DNA of 64,000 bases. It comes from Eledone cirrhosa (taxonomy: Eukaryota). The notes below the pieces were generated by a model that was not told the DNA's origin, made no database searches, and was given only the letters and a program-made list of their open reading frames with translations. Of the stretch, positions 13,241 to 26,226 are shown one piece after another. Numbering within the stretch: the stretch's first letter is position 1; every line of letters begins with the position of its first letter. The position numbers were made by a program, and so were the translations under genes. Where the stretch lies: assembly GCA_964016885.1 (NCBI GenBank), contig OZ024740.1, positions 242,234,001 to 242,298,000 on the forward strand. Reading direction: 5' to 3'.

Positions 13241-13283
13241 GTCACTGAAGAGGTCACAGAATGTTTGACGAAAGAACTTTGAC
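13241..13283 (+). ncRNA. Minimal type I hammerhead ribozyme candidate
   Basis: gtca-CTGAAGA-g gtca cagaatgtt tgac-GAAAG-aa-CTT-tgac; stem I gtca/tgac. Confidence 0.6.
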
Positions 13284-13439
13284 AATATATGAACAACCGT
13301 CCGGTTGTGGAACCAACCAACCAACCAACCGGAAATTTATAAATTCTTAAATTTATAAATTTAATTTATAATAAATTTGAATGAAAGCAACTGGTGCGTG
13401 TGTTTCTTATTGGCAACATGACCCTCCCAAAGCATAACA

Positions 13440-13475
<36 letters not shown>

Positions 13476-13779
13476 ATAGCGAGAGAGAGAGAGAGAAGAA
13501 AGAAAGAAAGAAAGAAAGAAAGAGACAGAGAGGGTAAGTGAGTGAGTGAGTGAGTGTGTGTGTGTTTTCATAACTGTTCTTCGTATCAGAGATTTGATAT
13601 ATGACAATGTTCTTTCCAACAGGACTTAGTAAACAGAAGTGAGCTAATAAGGGAGGTTCCAATTCCTAATTGCCCATACTTTACGGGCTGCTACCTCTTC
13701 CTACTGTAAAGTTGGTAAACAAATTAGACATTGAAAATTAAATTTCTATTTTTTTTTACTTTAAGCATTTGTTGAATAA

Positions 13780-14185
13780 AGATGACCGGTCGCTCTCCGA
13801 CAGGTTTGCGGTCATACCCTTGGCAGTGGAGACCTCTGGTGCCCTTGGCCCTAGGGCTACCTCCCTACTCACCTTTATAGTCACTGAGCTAGCCAGCCGC
13901 AGGTGTGAGGCCCGCGAGATGGAATGGCTCTTCCAGCGCCTCTCCTTCACCATCCTCCGGGGAAACGCCTTCTCCATTTTGTCCGCCGGGGATGTGGGGC
14001 GCTCAGCACGTGGGACCCCATTTGCTCACAATACAGAGAGATAGGGAGGGCGAGAGGGATGGAGGCGATGACACAGGGAGTTCGGCTCTTCCGTGTTCGG
14101 ACACATTGCACCTGACATGTGGATCATGTGATAAGGTGAGTGAACACGAGCAACTACCAATTTGTACTTTTGTCCTTTTCTTCAC
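13780..14185 (+). mobile_element. CRE-like (restriction-like endonuclease) non-LTR retrotransposon 3' fragment
   Basis: FAVIPLAVETSGALG...WLFQRLSFTILRGNAFSIL; the 3' UTR GTGGGACCCCATTTGCTCAC recurs at 26.9 and 50.1 kb. Confidence 0.75.
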
Positions 14186-14951
14186 CCGCCACTAGTTGCC
14201 TTCTAACGCCCCCAACAACCCCATATCTTTCAGTAACTTCTTGTGCCTTCCAGCGCCCCCTGTTGGTAGTGAAGTAGGGCTCACTTTGAGAACCCCTGTT
14301 TTATAGGTCGCTGGGCCTGCTTGAGATAGCAGCAAGTAAAATCTCCATCAAATCACACCCTACTGCCTGAAAAAAATACATTGTACAATGTAATTCATGA
14401 CGAACAAAACGAGAAGTTAATCGCGATTGAAATGCTTTTGATCATAGATCAGCTTAATCGAGTCGGACCCGGATCTATTATTCCAACATTATGGAAGCGT
14501 TTGGTTAGATTTGAAATTGTTAGAAAATTTTCGCAGAAAATAACTGTAGGCACAGTTGATTGCTGTAAACAATAACTTAGAAAATCTAATAAAGTATCCC
14601 TATAGACGGAAAAAATTGGCCAGCAACCGATTCAAAGATCACTCAGAGTGATCTAGCCATTTAGCTCAATGGTTAAAGCAGTTTGATTTTCTTGTTGATC
14701 TGTCTTAATTCATTGTTGGTCCTAATCGTTAATCAATAACAACTGCCACAACTACACCTCCACAACCAATATCTTTGTTAAAAGCTTTGTATATATTGCT
14801 TTCTTTTTATGGGTCAGTTAATGTCGATGACTCTTTTCAAGAATCTCCGAAACTATTGGGTGGGAGAGAAGAAAGTATCTTCCAACCGAAGACGTGGCAG
14901 GAATACTTACAATAGTATGGACCCCACTAAAAGCACCCAAGTGCCAGGTAG

Positions 14952-15392
14952 TGTTGTTAAACCGGTCAGTGTATTAAGGTTTAGATGACTAGTATTGGTG
15001 TATATATTACTTATAATAATATTAAAAAGAATAAGAATGGCTGGTGCGTGTTTGTACAAAGTTTTATATCACAGGAGTCAATAATAACACAATAGAAATA
15101 TTTTACCACATGTCGTTATGGTGTAATTGGTGAGTTGGTCTCGACTCCAAGACTGGAGCGTATAAAGAAGAGAGAGAGAAGGCAGGAGTCATCTCTTTAT
15201 AGGCAGGAGTCATCTCTAGGGAGAGAAGGCAGAAATCATCTCTTCATAGGCAGAAGTCAGCTCCAAAATTATGCGTGTTGTCTCTTCGCAAGTCGCCGCC
15301 GGAGAGTGAATTATCTTTGGTGACGTCAGAGCTATGTGCAGGTAACTCTGCATAGATGTCCCCAAGCACACGACAGGTGTCGCTTCGCTACA
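14952..15392 (-). mobile_element. Probable solo LTR
   Basis: Minus strand starts TGTAGCGAAGC and contains CCTATAAAG, similar in layout to the 2924 LTR; left boundary and TSD not resolved. Confidence 0.35.
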
Positions 15393-16216
15393 AAGGTTAC
15401 GGTGGGATTTGAACTGAGAACGTAAAGAGCTGGAACAATTACCACCTTAAGGATTTCGGCAGCCCCACCCTCCATATTGGAACTTTATTTGTCGATCCCA
15501 AAAGATAAACGGCAAAGATAACGGCAAAGAAAACGGCAAAGAAAACGGCAAAGAAAACGCCAAAGATAACAGTATTTGTCCTCAGTGAAATTTGAATTAA
15601 ATGCAGTAGAAGCTGGTATAAACAGCACAAGATATTCCATCCGACGCTCTAATGTCATTGCCTATTTCTTACAAAATAGAGAAATATTTAATGATTTAAC
15701 AATTAGTGTAACACTCCTGAGGGATTATATAAACAGTGTAACTAAGAGGGTATGTGTGGTTCTGACAACCTTAGACTGTATCACACTCAACTAGACGGGA
15801 ATTAAAAATGTTCAGTTCTCAGACCTTTGTGTTAGAGTACGACTGTAGCATAATTATACTAGTATACTAATTATCAGGTCTCTCCCACGGGATTATTTAA
15901 CTCAGATATCTTTTGATATATAAACAAATAGTTGTTTTATACAGAAACTAGGTTCATATAAGCGTTAAAATAATATTGTTCTGTTTTTCAATATAAATTG
16001 TTCTTGTCAGCCTTATATATTGCGTTTGTTACTTGACCGGCTGACTGCATTTTGAATACTATATTCATGCAGAAGTGCATGAATATAGTTGTCTGTATTT
16101 ATAAGCTGAATTATGCACACACACGCACACACACACACACCACCACCACACACATATATATATACATCGAAACCACTCCCAGCAAAAAATAAATATACCA
16201 ACAACAACAACAACAC

Positions 16217-16262
<46 letters not shown>

Positions 16263-16719
16263 CAGAACCAGTATAGTATATAGTAAACTATATTAATTTT
16301 TTTCTGTATGAAATATATATAAAACTAAAGAATGTTTCCAGCTGTTCTCTATTTCTGACTGCTAATTGAACTGGCGTAGTGCAGTGTTGAGTATCACCCA
16401 CATGGGTATAATTAGACACAGAATTGATCTTACATCACATATGCTGGTGGTTTAGTGTTTTCATCTTGTTACCTTATGTGGTTATGGTCCCGCAACTATT
16501 TCGTCAACTACAGAAGTTGTTGTAAATCTTCATGTTGTGGGTGAAACAGTGTCATTGACAATTTTCTTTGAATGACGTAAATACATATGAAGAGATGTTG
16601 TGCTGAAAGTTCGTAAAAACATATCAATGGTACCACAATACGATATAACACATTAATGTGGTGCAGCATAGTTGTATATATGCTTCTAAAAATATAGTTG
16701 AAATGCAAGTCTCCACCTA

Positions 16720-17200
16720 CTGCCATGCTGTTACGGTGCAAGTCCACCTCGCACACCAAGCTACTCACAATGAGATCATAAAGAAGCATGACCTGGGCAG
16801 AGCAAGCTTCCCTTCCTAGCTCGAGCCAGTGGTGCTGGAACGAGTGGACGGCAAAAGTCCAGGCAGCCTGGCAATCTTCCCGTTCTGCGAAGGTAGGCCC
16901 CTCATCTGGAATGTTACATGCTGTGACACCTTCTTTAGTGGGAACCTGGTGCGTCCGGCTACAAGCCCAAGCTCTGCTCCCCCACCATGCCGTTAGGTTT
17001 GATAGGTTTGTGGTAGAGCCTATAGCAGTGAAGACTTCCGGCGTTCTTGGCCTCCGAGCCACATCCTTGCTTACTGCTATAAGAACAGAGTTGGCTGTCG
17101 GCAGGTGCGATCCACGCGAGGTGGAGTGTTTGTTTCAGCGTTCACCTTCGCCGTCAACTGGGCCAATGTATTCTCCACCCTGTCGGCCGGGACCGGACCT
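16720..17200 (+). mobile_element. CRE-like RLE endonuclease fragment
   Basis: LERVDGKSPGSLAIFPFCEGRPLIWNVTC (DGKRPDG..WD.TC consensus), then PIAVKTSGVLG..LFQR. Confidence 0.72.
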
Positions 17201-17707
17201 AGAAGTGGAGGGTAAGTTAGTAGGAGGTGGAGGATACTCATTCGGATGTCACACATATATACACATACTCTACCCCTTGGAGATTGACAGTCAAATAGAT
17301 TATAACCAAAAAACCAAAATGTATGTTCAAACGTTGTCCTCTGTTGTATTGGTGTGGCACCAAAACGTTATTGCTTCTGTATTTGTTAAAAAATTAAAGA
17401 GTGATTTATATGATCATGTAGGTATATGCATGTATGCACAATATATTTGTAGTAGCGGAAACTGTCAAAATTCCACGGATGAAAACATTAAAAGGTGCTA
17501 ATTAAGAAAAAAAAAGCATGATTTGCATTTCTATTGCATATAAATCTTATTGATGCTTGTGCAATAAATGATACATAAGTATACAATAACAATCTATACA
17601 ATATTTAATACACATATTCTTTAGTATTTAATTCTATTGAAACTGTAAGATCAATATAAAATTACATATTCCTTATTACAGAATGTTTTATTATGATTAC
17701 TTGACAT

Positions 17708-17893
17708 TGGATTGGCAGTATTGGTAGAGGGTCGGACGCCATGCTTTGACGTATGGAGTTACGGCCGTTGCCATTCTGAGTTCAAATCCCGCCAAGGTTA
17801 ACTTTGCCTTTCATCCTTACGGGGTCGATAAAATAAAGTACCAGTAATGCACTGGGTAATTGCTGGCCTTGTGCCTAACGTAGAAACAATTAT
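17708..17893 (+). mobile_element. tRNA-derived SINE
   Basis: Full head, core and tail. Confidence 0.88.
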
Positions 17894-17949
17894 ATACAAA
17901 TACAAAACGATATAGAGAAGATACACAATCGTTTTATTTACATGATTAA

Positions 17950-18765
17950 TTTCAATTCTATTGCAACTTGCAACTTGGTTCAGAATTATATTAATAGCTG
18001 TTCTTTGTCACAGTTTTATTACCTCGCCTTCCTTGCTTATCGGTGTTCAATACTTTAATTTTTACATCTGACTGTCTGCGAACTCTTGGAAAAGCAACAT
18101 ACAATTGCCCATAGCTAAATACTGGCTCAGGAAGGAACAGCCCCACTTTATCGTATGTTTGACCCTGATTCTTGTTGATTGTCATAGCATACGACAGTCT
18201 TAATGGAAACTGGGTTCTTTCCAAAGTAAAAGGGATGTTGGGATCACTGGTGGCTAACTTCAGTCCTGGGATAAAAACACGCCTGCCCATCAAAGGACCA
18301 TTGATATGATAAACTTCGATAAAATGTTGATGCATTCCCACTACTTCTAATCGTGTGCCATTGCATAATCCATTCTGGATTGAAATATTCCGTAGGAGCA
18401 TTATTATTGATCCTGCTTTTAACTGGAGTTTGTGAGGCGGCATCCCGGAAGGTGTGAGTTCAGAAATTCAGTAGAATGTCTGCCTCTGTAGGCTCATCAA
18501 CGATCACACTATCTGTACCGTAATAAGTATGGCTGTTACCAGGGAGTTGTCTGAGAACCTCTTCATTGATTAATAGGCAATCAACATTCTTGGGAGATAA
18601 AATCACTTGCATTCATTTCTCTTGTTGCATTGTATCGCTGAAAGTGTATTTAACTAAATAGTCATTAACACATGATAATGGAGGCACTTCAACATCATCT
18701 TCATTCATATTCAATCCTTCAATTGAAGGTGTTGTTCCCTTACCAAGATGTAGTAGTCACTTTGT

Positions 18766-18837
<72 letters not shown>

Positions 18838-21800
18838 TCTCTCTCTGATCTTCTCTTACTCTGCTATCATTGCTTAATCTAAAATGTTGAAAGAAGTGCC
18901 ACAAATAGGAGATTTTAAGGCATATTTCTAATGTGCCTTTACAGGTACTCCTTGGTAATAGTTGCCTGAAGTCACCTCCCCAAAGCAAAACTTACCTCCA
19001 AACACTTCAATGACACCAGTGATGTCTTGAAGGCACTTGTGAATGGCATGAATTGCATGGGAAGGAATCATGGAAGCCTCGTCCAGTATTTTGAGTTCCA
19101 GGTTCCGTAAGTAATTGGCATGGTCAGATGAGCCACACACATTACATACACTGGTCTCTGTTAGTGGAACACGTAGTTTGAATAAATGGTGCACAGTTCT
19201 ACCTCCCAGCAGCAGTGTAGACGTTATGCCGGCCCAAGCACTGCAACATATATGATAGTTATTCATCTGAAGGTGAAAATTCAGTGTATTGAACAGGTAT
19301 GTTTTGTCCCGCCATCCAGGTGCATATGCATAGAAGCAGGTACATGCAGGCCTTTCACCTTTTCTTCTCTGTTGAAAAGCATCAATTACAGCATTAGCAA
19401 TCATTTGTTGCTCTTCAGTAAGAGAATCAATATCAGGGTGGTTGATGTCAATTTGGGGTTCAGGGTGAAACATCTCAATGGGCTGAGGTCTTGCGAAGTT
19501 GGTACCATTTTCAATCAATATTACGTTAATGTAACCAAGTGCCATATTTTCAGCTTGCTGACCATCCATTCTTTGATGCAAATAGTCTTCAATCATTGAC
19601 TCCTTATGAGAGTTTCATAATGGCAGTTCATTGGCTGACAGAATAAAGACACAGAGCAGCGAACATCATACGAAGTTCAGTTGGCATGTGGTGGGTAGCA
19701 GTTTCCTGGAACGCTTAGCTTGAATAGTCATAATTTTCAATAAGACTAAGTCGCAAATAGGCCTGTTTGAAGGTTGGAAATGTTTCTCCCTCCACTGTTC
19801 GTAGTTCTTCAAAACTCTTAGCGCCTGGCACGTGAAGTAGCAATACTCTTAAATGAAATTGTTCAACAACTCTGAGGTTGAGTATGTACATTCTATTAAT
19901 GATATTATTGTTCTTTCTTCTCGGCATCCATTTTCTGTTGGTTTCATTGAACACATAGTGTTCTAGATTTTCTGGATATAAGTGTTTGCTTGCATTTTTG
20001 TCTTCCTCATTTAGCTTGAACCAGGCAGCAAGAGTCGTGTCTCGGTGCCCCTGTATTGCTGCCGCGACCAGAGCATTACTTTGAAAGTAAACTCTCTGTT
20101 TGTTCTCCAGGTGTGCGGCTATCCTGTACACTGTATGCGATGTACCATGAAGCTTAAATTCAGGGAGGCTCCACACTGCTCTGGCGGAGACACATACCTG
20201 CAACCAAGATAGTTTCTTATTTCATTATGGTTGTGTTGGTTCTGAGTATCATTAGGTAATGCATTATTCGTTAATTCTATAGACGCACAATCATGCCCCT
20301 TGTAAACATATTTAAAGGGTTTACTTGACTCGTTTTACAGAAGAGCAAACTTCAACATTAATATGTGCACGATATTTCTTAAGCAAAAAGGCATTAAACG
20401 GCATAACATACCTGTTGTCTACTGAATGTCGTCTAATTTGCACCTCGGTTCCCAACATTCGCCTCCTGTACTCTGGATATCCATTTAGATTCAATAATGT
20501 TTACTCTGTTGGTTTTGGGACAGTTCTTTTGAAGAGATTCATTTTGAATACATGGGGAAAAGGGTTTCCAGAACCACATGGCCCATGGATCATAAACTTT
20601 TAACCTGCTGATGTAGTACCGGATCATCTTCCAATGCAGGTATTTCTGCTGACACGATTCTGTCAGTGTCTTCTATTTTTCTTATCCTGTCTTCATTTCT
20701 TAAGATGACCAAAATATGGCAATGAGGAAGTCCTCTTTTTTGGAACTCAATGACGTAAATATGAGCCACTGGTACGCCAAGAACATGTCTTTCTTTGATA
20801 TCTTTCATTGTTTCAGAAAGCTGAGCTTTAAAACCCCAGGCAATTGAAGTTGGTCTGTTTTCTACTGCTTCATTTTTATTTAAATTATTCGAATATCAGG
20901 ACATTTAGGGTTGCATGTATAAGTTGTAAAATATCTGGCTTGCCATATTTAGCAACAATTGTCATAGCATCCTGAAAGTACTGATGCATGTTTCTTAGGC
21001 TGCCAGTGAAGTACTTGGCAAAATAACTGGCACCCCAGGCTCAGTGTTATCACCTGCTCCTCTATTTATATAATCCATTAAACCATTGTACTTATCCACT
21101 CGCAACTGGGCTTGATTGTTCCTCAAGTATTGGAGCCTGCATCTCTCTACTTTCACAGAGGCATCCACTACATACTGCTGAAATATTTTGCGTGTCCTAT
21201 GTATCACACTGAATCTTCCTCTATATGCTATAACAGTATCTGTAATACTCCTGCAATGTTTGTCTATTACGAACGGGTGTCCTACATTCCTCTGCATGTT
21301 GCATGCCACTATACCACCTAAATTCACCTGGAACCAAGAAGGGTCGTGAAGCCATGAAGTCTAAGTGGCTTGAAGTATATGGTATTTTCTGAGGAGGGTG
21401 GTCTTTAGGGTAGATGACAATATCTCAGTGTACAGGTGGTGCGCCATCTATCCCCACAAAAACAACAGCTATTTTATTGCTTGATAGTAAATTGTAGCGT
21501 CTCATAACTGTTCTAAATCTTGATTCACTTTTCTGTGTGGGACGATTTTCTCGTTTTGCTCTATGCTGCTCTTCTTGTTCTATGGTTTGCATTGTATTGT
21601 ACTCTTCGACATATGGATTACATTCATGCAACACCTTACTTACCATAGTCATTGTTTGCGATGAGCAGTCATAATTTGGCGATGCTTCTAATCTGTACTG
21701 CACAGCTTCATTGCACCAATAATATATAGCTGACCATATTGTGATGTATTTTCTGCAGGGTACAGAGGTGTGTTATTGTGATATGTTTGACCCTAAATAC

Positions 21801-22470
21801 GAAAGAATACGGGGCCTCTGCCAGGTGGTAAGGCAAGTTTAACATCAAATGAAGCGAAAGAAAATTCACGGTTGTAATTGGGGATGTTCCTGTGAAATGA
21901 AGCTGTTTTCTGACCTTCTCCTTCAAAGAGATTTCTCAGTCTCTCTGGGTATATTTGCAATGGAGGAAGCACAACTTTCCCCTTATTATAACAGTTATAA
22001 TTTTCATTTCTAAATTTCAAAGCTCCACAATGATCGCACGAAACATTCAAATAATGAATATGAAATTCTTCTAAATTGCCATTAATTTTAATTGTTACGA
22101 CGCTCATTATGGATTCTATTCCGTCTGAAATGGAGTTTATTCTATCTATTCTATGCGCATCTCTCTACTGCTCAAGAGAATGTGCTCGCTCATACTTAAG
22201 CATGTGATCTCTCCTGTCTAGTTGCCTAAGTCTATCACGCTGTAAATGTAATGTATGTTCATCTGGGAGCATATTATCTCTTCTTTCTTGTTGCTTGAGT
22301 CTTTGTTTCTACAGATATTCGTGGCGTGTATCTTGAAGTATATTTTCTCTTCTTTCCTGTTGTCTTAGTCTAACTTGCTCTAAAACGATATACCTCTGTT
22401 CTTCAACCATTTCCTCGCGTCTCTGTTGTTGTCGTCTTCTTTCTCTTTCTATTATTTCTTCAGGGTCACC
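17950..22470 (-). mobile_element. Helitron Rep/Pif1-helicase gene, pseudogenised
   Basis: CDHCGALKF..GKVVLPPL and NIPNYNREFSFASF; FQQYVVDA; HUH motif YVIEFQKRGLPHCHILV; KYVYKGHD; degenerate Walker A APGWRDKT; ILDEASM; GGDFRQLLP; LCNGTRL; QFPLRLSYAMTINKNQGQT. Many frameshifts and a (GA)n insertion at 18770-18845; termini not found. Confidence 0.95.
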
Positions 22471-23136
22471 GTGGCTTTTTTAATGGGCTTTCTCCACAAG
22501 TGTCTCTCGGAATTTTCCTTTGTTTCTTTTTTTTTTTTTGTCATTTCCTTTGTTTTTGTTTTTGTTTTTTTCTTTACACGCAGAAATGCCCATTTGTACC
22601 GTCCTGTACCGTCCTGTGCTGTCCTTAATGTTATACTTTATGTCTACCCTTGTGGTTAATAAAGAAAACATTATTTCTTCTCGCTGTTCTTGCCTGATCT
22701 GAGCTCTGTATCGGTGCATCTTTTCTCGAGCAGCGTCCAGCCGTCTTTCTCGGCGTAGGAAAAATAAATCCATTTTATTAAGGCGTTTCTTTGTGCGAAT
22801 AATAAATGTATGTAATACATTTCTTAATATAGATATATTAGGCACATGTATGAACTGCTAAGTTAAAGGTAAATGTGTATTTGTATGTATACTTTGCAAC
22901 TGCCGTCATTATATATCTTTTTACACACATATACACTCTCACAGACACTTACACACATATATTAACACAAACACACTCACATACTCTTACACACAAGCAC
23001 ACACATCTACACAATAATTATTACATACTCATCGTTCTATGTATGAGTATATAAATATAAACGTGCAAACACACATGTACTCACACACATATATTAACAC
23101 AAACATGCACACACATACATTCACACACATAGCGTT

Positions 23137-23825
23137 TCACCATCAACTTCTTTCTTCAGTCATCACATAGAGTTCAAATCCCGCCGAGGTTAACTTTGCT
23201 TTTCATCCTTACGGGGTCGATAAAATAAAGTACCAGTAATGTACTGGTATAATTGTCGGCCTTGTGCCAAAAGTAGAAACAATTATTGTGTGTGTGTGTA
23301 AGGGCGTTAGATTGTCAGCATCGGTAGAACGTCGAGCACCATTCTTTGTGGCATAGAATTACGGCCCTTTACGTCTGAGTTCAAATCCCGGCAAGGTCAG
23401 CTTTGCCTTTCATCCTTACGGGGTGGATGAAATAAATTACCAGTTATGCACTGGGGTTGATTTAATCGACTTTCCCTTCCCCAAAATTGTTGGCCTTGTG
23501 CTTAAATGAGAAACAATTATTGTGTGTGTGTATGTGTGTGTGTGTATGTGTATACATTTATATGTATAACTTGTGTATGTGTGTGTATAAATATAAACGC
23601 ACAAACACACATACACTCACACACGCATATACTCTCACACACATATATACTAACACAAACACACTCAGACATGCATTCACACAAACACACACATAGCGTT
23701 TCACCACCTCCTTCCTTCCTCAGTCGTCTCATAGATGTATGTAATAATTATTTATGTACGTATGTGAAGATGTGTGTGTGTGTATGTCTGTCTGTGTGCG
23801 TGTGTCTGTGTGTGTGTGTGTGTGT

Positions 23826-23880
<55 letters not shown>

Positions 23881-23901
23881 TGTGTGTGTGTGTGTGTGTG
23901 T

Positions 23902-23952
<51 letters not shown>

Positions 23953-24349
23953 CGTGTGTGCGTGTGTGTGTGCGTATATATATATGTATATATACCAACA
24001 ATTTTGGGGAAGGGAAAGTCGATTAAATCAACCCCAGTGCATAACTGGTACTTTATTTCATCCACCCCGTAAGGATGAAAGGCAAAGCTGACCTTGGTGG
24101 GATTTGAACTCAGAACGTAAAGGGCCGTAATTCTTTGCAACGAAGAATGGTGCTCGACGCTCTACCGATGCTGCCTTATCTAACGCCCTTACACACACAC
24201 AATAATTGTTTCTACTATTGGCACAAGGCCAGCAATAAACCCAGTACATTACTGGTACTTTATTTTATCGACCCCGTAAGGAAGAAAAGCAAAGTTAACC
24301 TCGGCGGGATTTGAACTCTATGTGATGACTGAAGAAATAAGGTGATGGT

Positions 24350-24350
<1 letters not shown>
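23137..24350. repeat. Inverted duplication of a two-SINE cassette around a (TG)n spacer
   Basis: 23137-23490 (unique flank + SINE + SINE) is inverted at 23996-24350. Confidence 0.85.
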
Positions 24351-24384
<34 letters not shown>

Positions 24385-24390
<6 letters not shown>

Positions 24391-25034
24391 GGAAATCAGT
24401 AAAATCGAATCTCTGGCGGTTTGCAAGTAAATTCGGCCTACTTGTATGAAGTGATGAGTTAGCAAAGCACTCGATAAGGTAGAGCCTTAGAGTAATAACA
24501 TACGTTTAAATAGCTTGACAAATCGAACATTGTGGTAGGCTAAACTAACACACAATATATACCAAAGTAACGATAGAACTAATCAGGTTGAGAAAGGTAC
24601 ACCTGGACAGATCAAACGAAAAATCGTTTAAAGTGTTTCTTTGAATCCGAAATCAAATATCAGACTTACTTGAAAGGCAAGCTCGTGGTATTGGTGATCG
24701 AACGTAGGATTCAGTTTATCAACAGGTTTTATCGCTCTTCCTAGGATCGGAGTGATAAATTATATGTTGCTGCTACATGCTGCTTATCGTATCTATAATT
24801 ATCACGTGTTAATTCGAGCAAGGGAAATAACCCCCGGTCCCAGGCGGTTCATTCAAAATGTTAGCGAACTGAAATATTTTAAATTTCCGCTATTCATCGT
24901 GATAAGCTCTCGACTAGATGTTATAAAACAAACACTAATAATTAACCAATCAACAGAATTGTCTAATTAAATTAATTAGTTAATTATTAAATCTAGGAGA
25001 ATAATATAATTGGAAATCTGTCAAATCGAATCTA
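24385..25034 (-). mobile_element. Non-coding hammerhead-bearing element with ~28-bp terminal direct repeats
   Basis: TATAATTGGAAATC.GT.AAATCGAATCT at ~24384 and ~25006; (TA)n on both sides; hammerhead inside. Confidence 0.6.
24601..24727 (-). ncRNA. Type I hammerhead ribozyme, U3-A8 core, long stems II and III
   Basis: Minus strand: acctg-TTGATAA-ac tgaatcc..ggattca aa-GAAAC-actttaaacga tttt tcgtttgatct-GTC-caggt. Confidence 0.8.
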
Positions 25035-25230
25035 TATATATATATATATATATCACCATCACCTTAACATTAACTTTTCTTCCACATTGACTTTTTACGT
25101 TCCACATTATGCACGTTTTTTTTCCTTTTTCTTTTTTCTTTTCACTTCTTAAACCCTGTTTGTAAATAACATTATTCTTTCTGCACTTCTGTTTAACATG
25201 TGCGACACCACACTATTACATTCCACTATC

Positions 25231-25265
25231 ATTTGATAATGCTTATAAATGCAGAAACCGGTAAT
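25231..25265 (+). ncRNA. Minimal hammerhead candidate, U3-A8 core
   Basis: at-TTGATAA-tgc ttataaat gca-GAAAC-cg-GTA-at; palindromic ACCGGT; stem I only 2 bp. Confidence 0.55.
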
Positions 25266-25487
25266 AGACAATAATTAAATATATAAATATATAAATAAAT
25301 GCCATTGTTAAATAATAAATGAATCAATTAATACCTTAACACTTCACACAAAGTAAAACATTTCGTTTTAATCATTTTCTAACCTAGAAAAAAGAGATAG
25401 AGAGACAAAAAAAGGAAAAAAATATATATTTGTTCCTCATAATCGTCTCTTTCCCTCTGTTTTCATATATATATATATATATATATA

Positions 25488-25995
25488 TAAACGGAAAAAA
25501 TGAAACGAAATTTCATTTCCCACTCTTAGTACGGCTGTTACTTACATATAAGTATGTACACGTACACACATATATGTATACAGACGTACAGTAGTATATA
25601 TATACGTATGGATTCCCCGAACATTTATTATAATGCTCGGTGTTTGTAAACAAACATCCCGTATTAAGCCGTAGTGTCCAGCAACCATCGTTACTCGTTT
25701 GTTCAACACTGACAAAGGAATGCTGTACTAGTTTCAAACTTATTAGCTATCGTCAGCAACGTATATCGTCCTGCCAGATTGTTGAACGTATATACTTACC
25801 TTATGCATATTAACGGCTGAGTAGCCCAATTTGCATATCGAGTGGGTTAATCGGCCGGGTGAACCGAAAACGATAAACGGAAAAAATGAAACGTAATTTC
25901 ATTTCCCACTCTTAGTACGGCTGTTACTTAAATATAAGTATGTACACGTACATACATATATGTATACAGACGTACAGTAGTATATATATATATAC
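25488..25995 (-). mobile_element. Non-coding element with ~120-bp direct repeats and a hammerhead
   Basis: TAAACGGAAAAAATGAAACG..GTACAGTAG at ~25488-25595 and ~25874-25982; homologous to the 43441-43590 segment. Confidence 0.65.
25722..25760 (-). ncRNA. Minimal type I hammerhead ribozyme
   Basis: Minus strand: gttg-CTGACGA-t agct aata agtt t-GAAAC-ta-GTA-cagc; palindromic ACTAGT. Confidence 0.75.
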
Positions 25996-26002
25996 ATACA
26001 TG

Positions 26003-26086
<84 letters not shown>

Positions 26087-26182
26087 ATGGTGATATATAT
26101 GTATATATATATATGTGATGGTGATATATATGTATATATATATATGTGTGTGTGCGTGTGTGTATGTGTGTGTGTGTGTGTG

Positions 26183-26226
<44 letters not shown>

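Noticed and set aside
15509-15570. CRISPR-like array
   Set aside because: Tandem units without spacers, in eukaryotic DNA with no cas genes.
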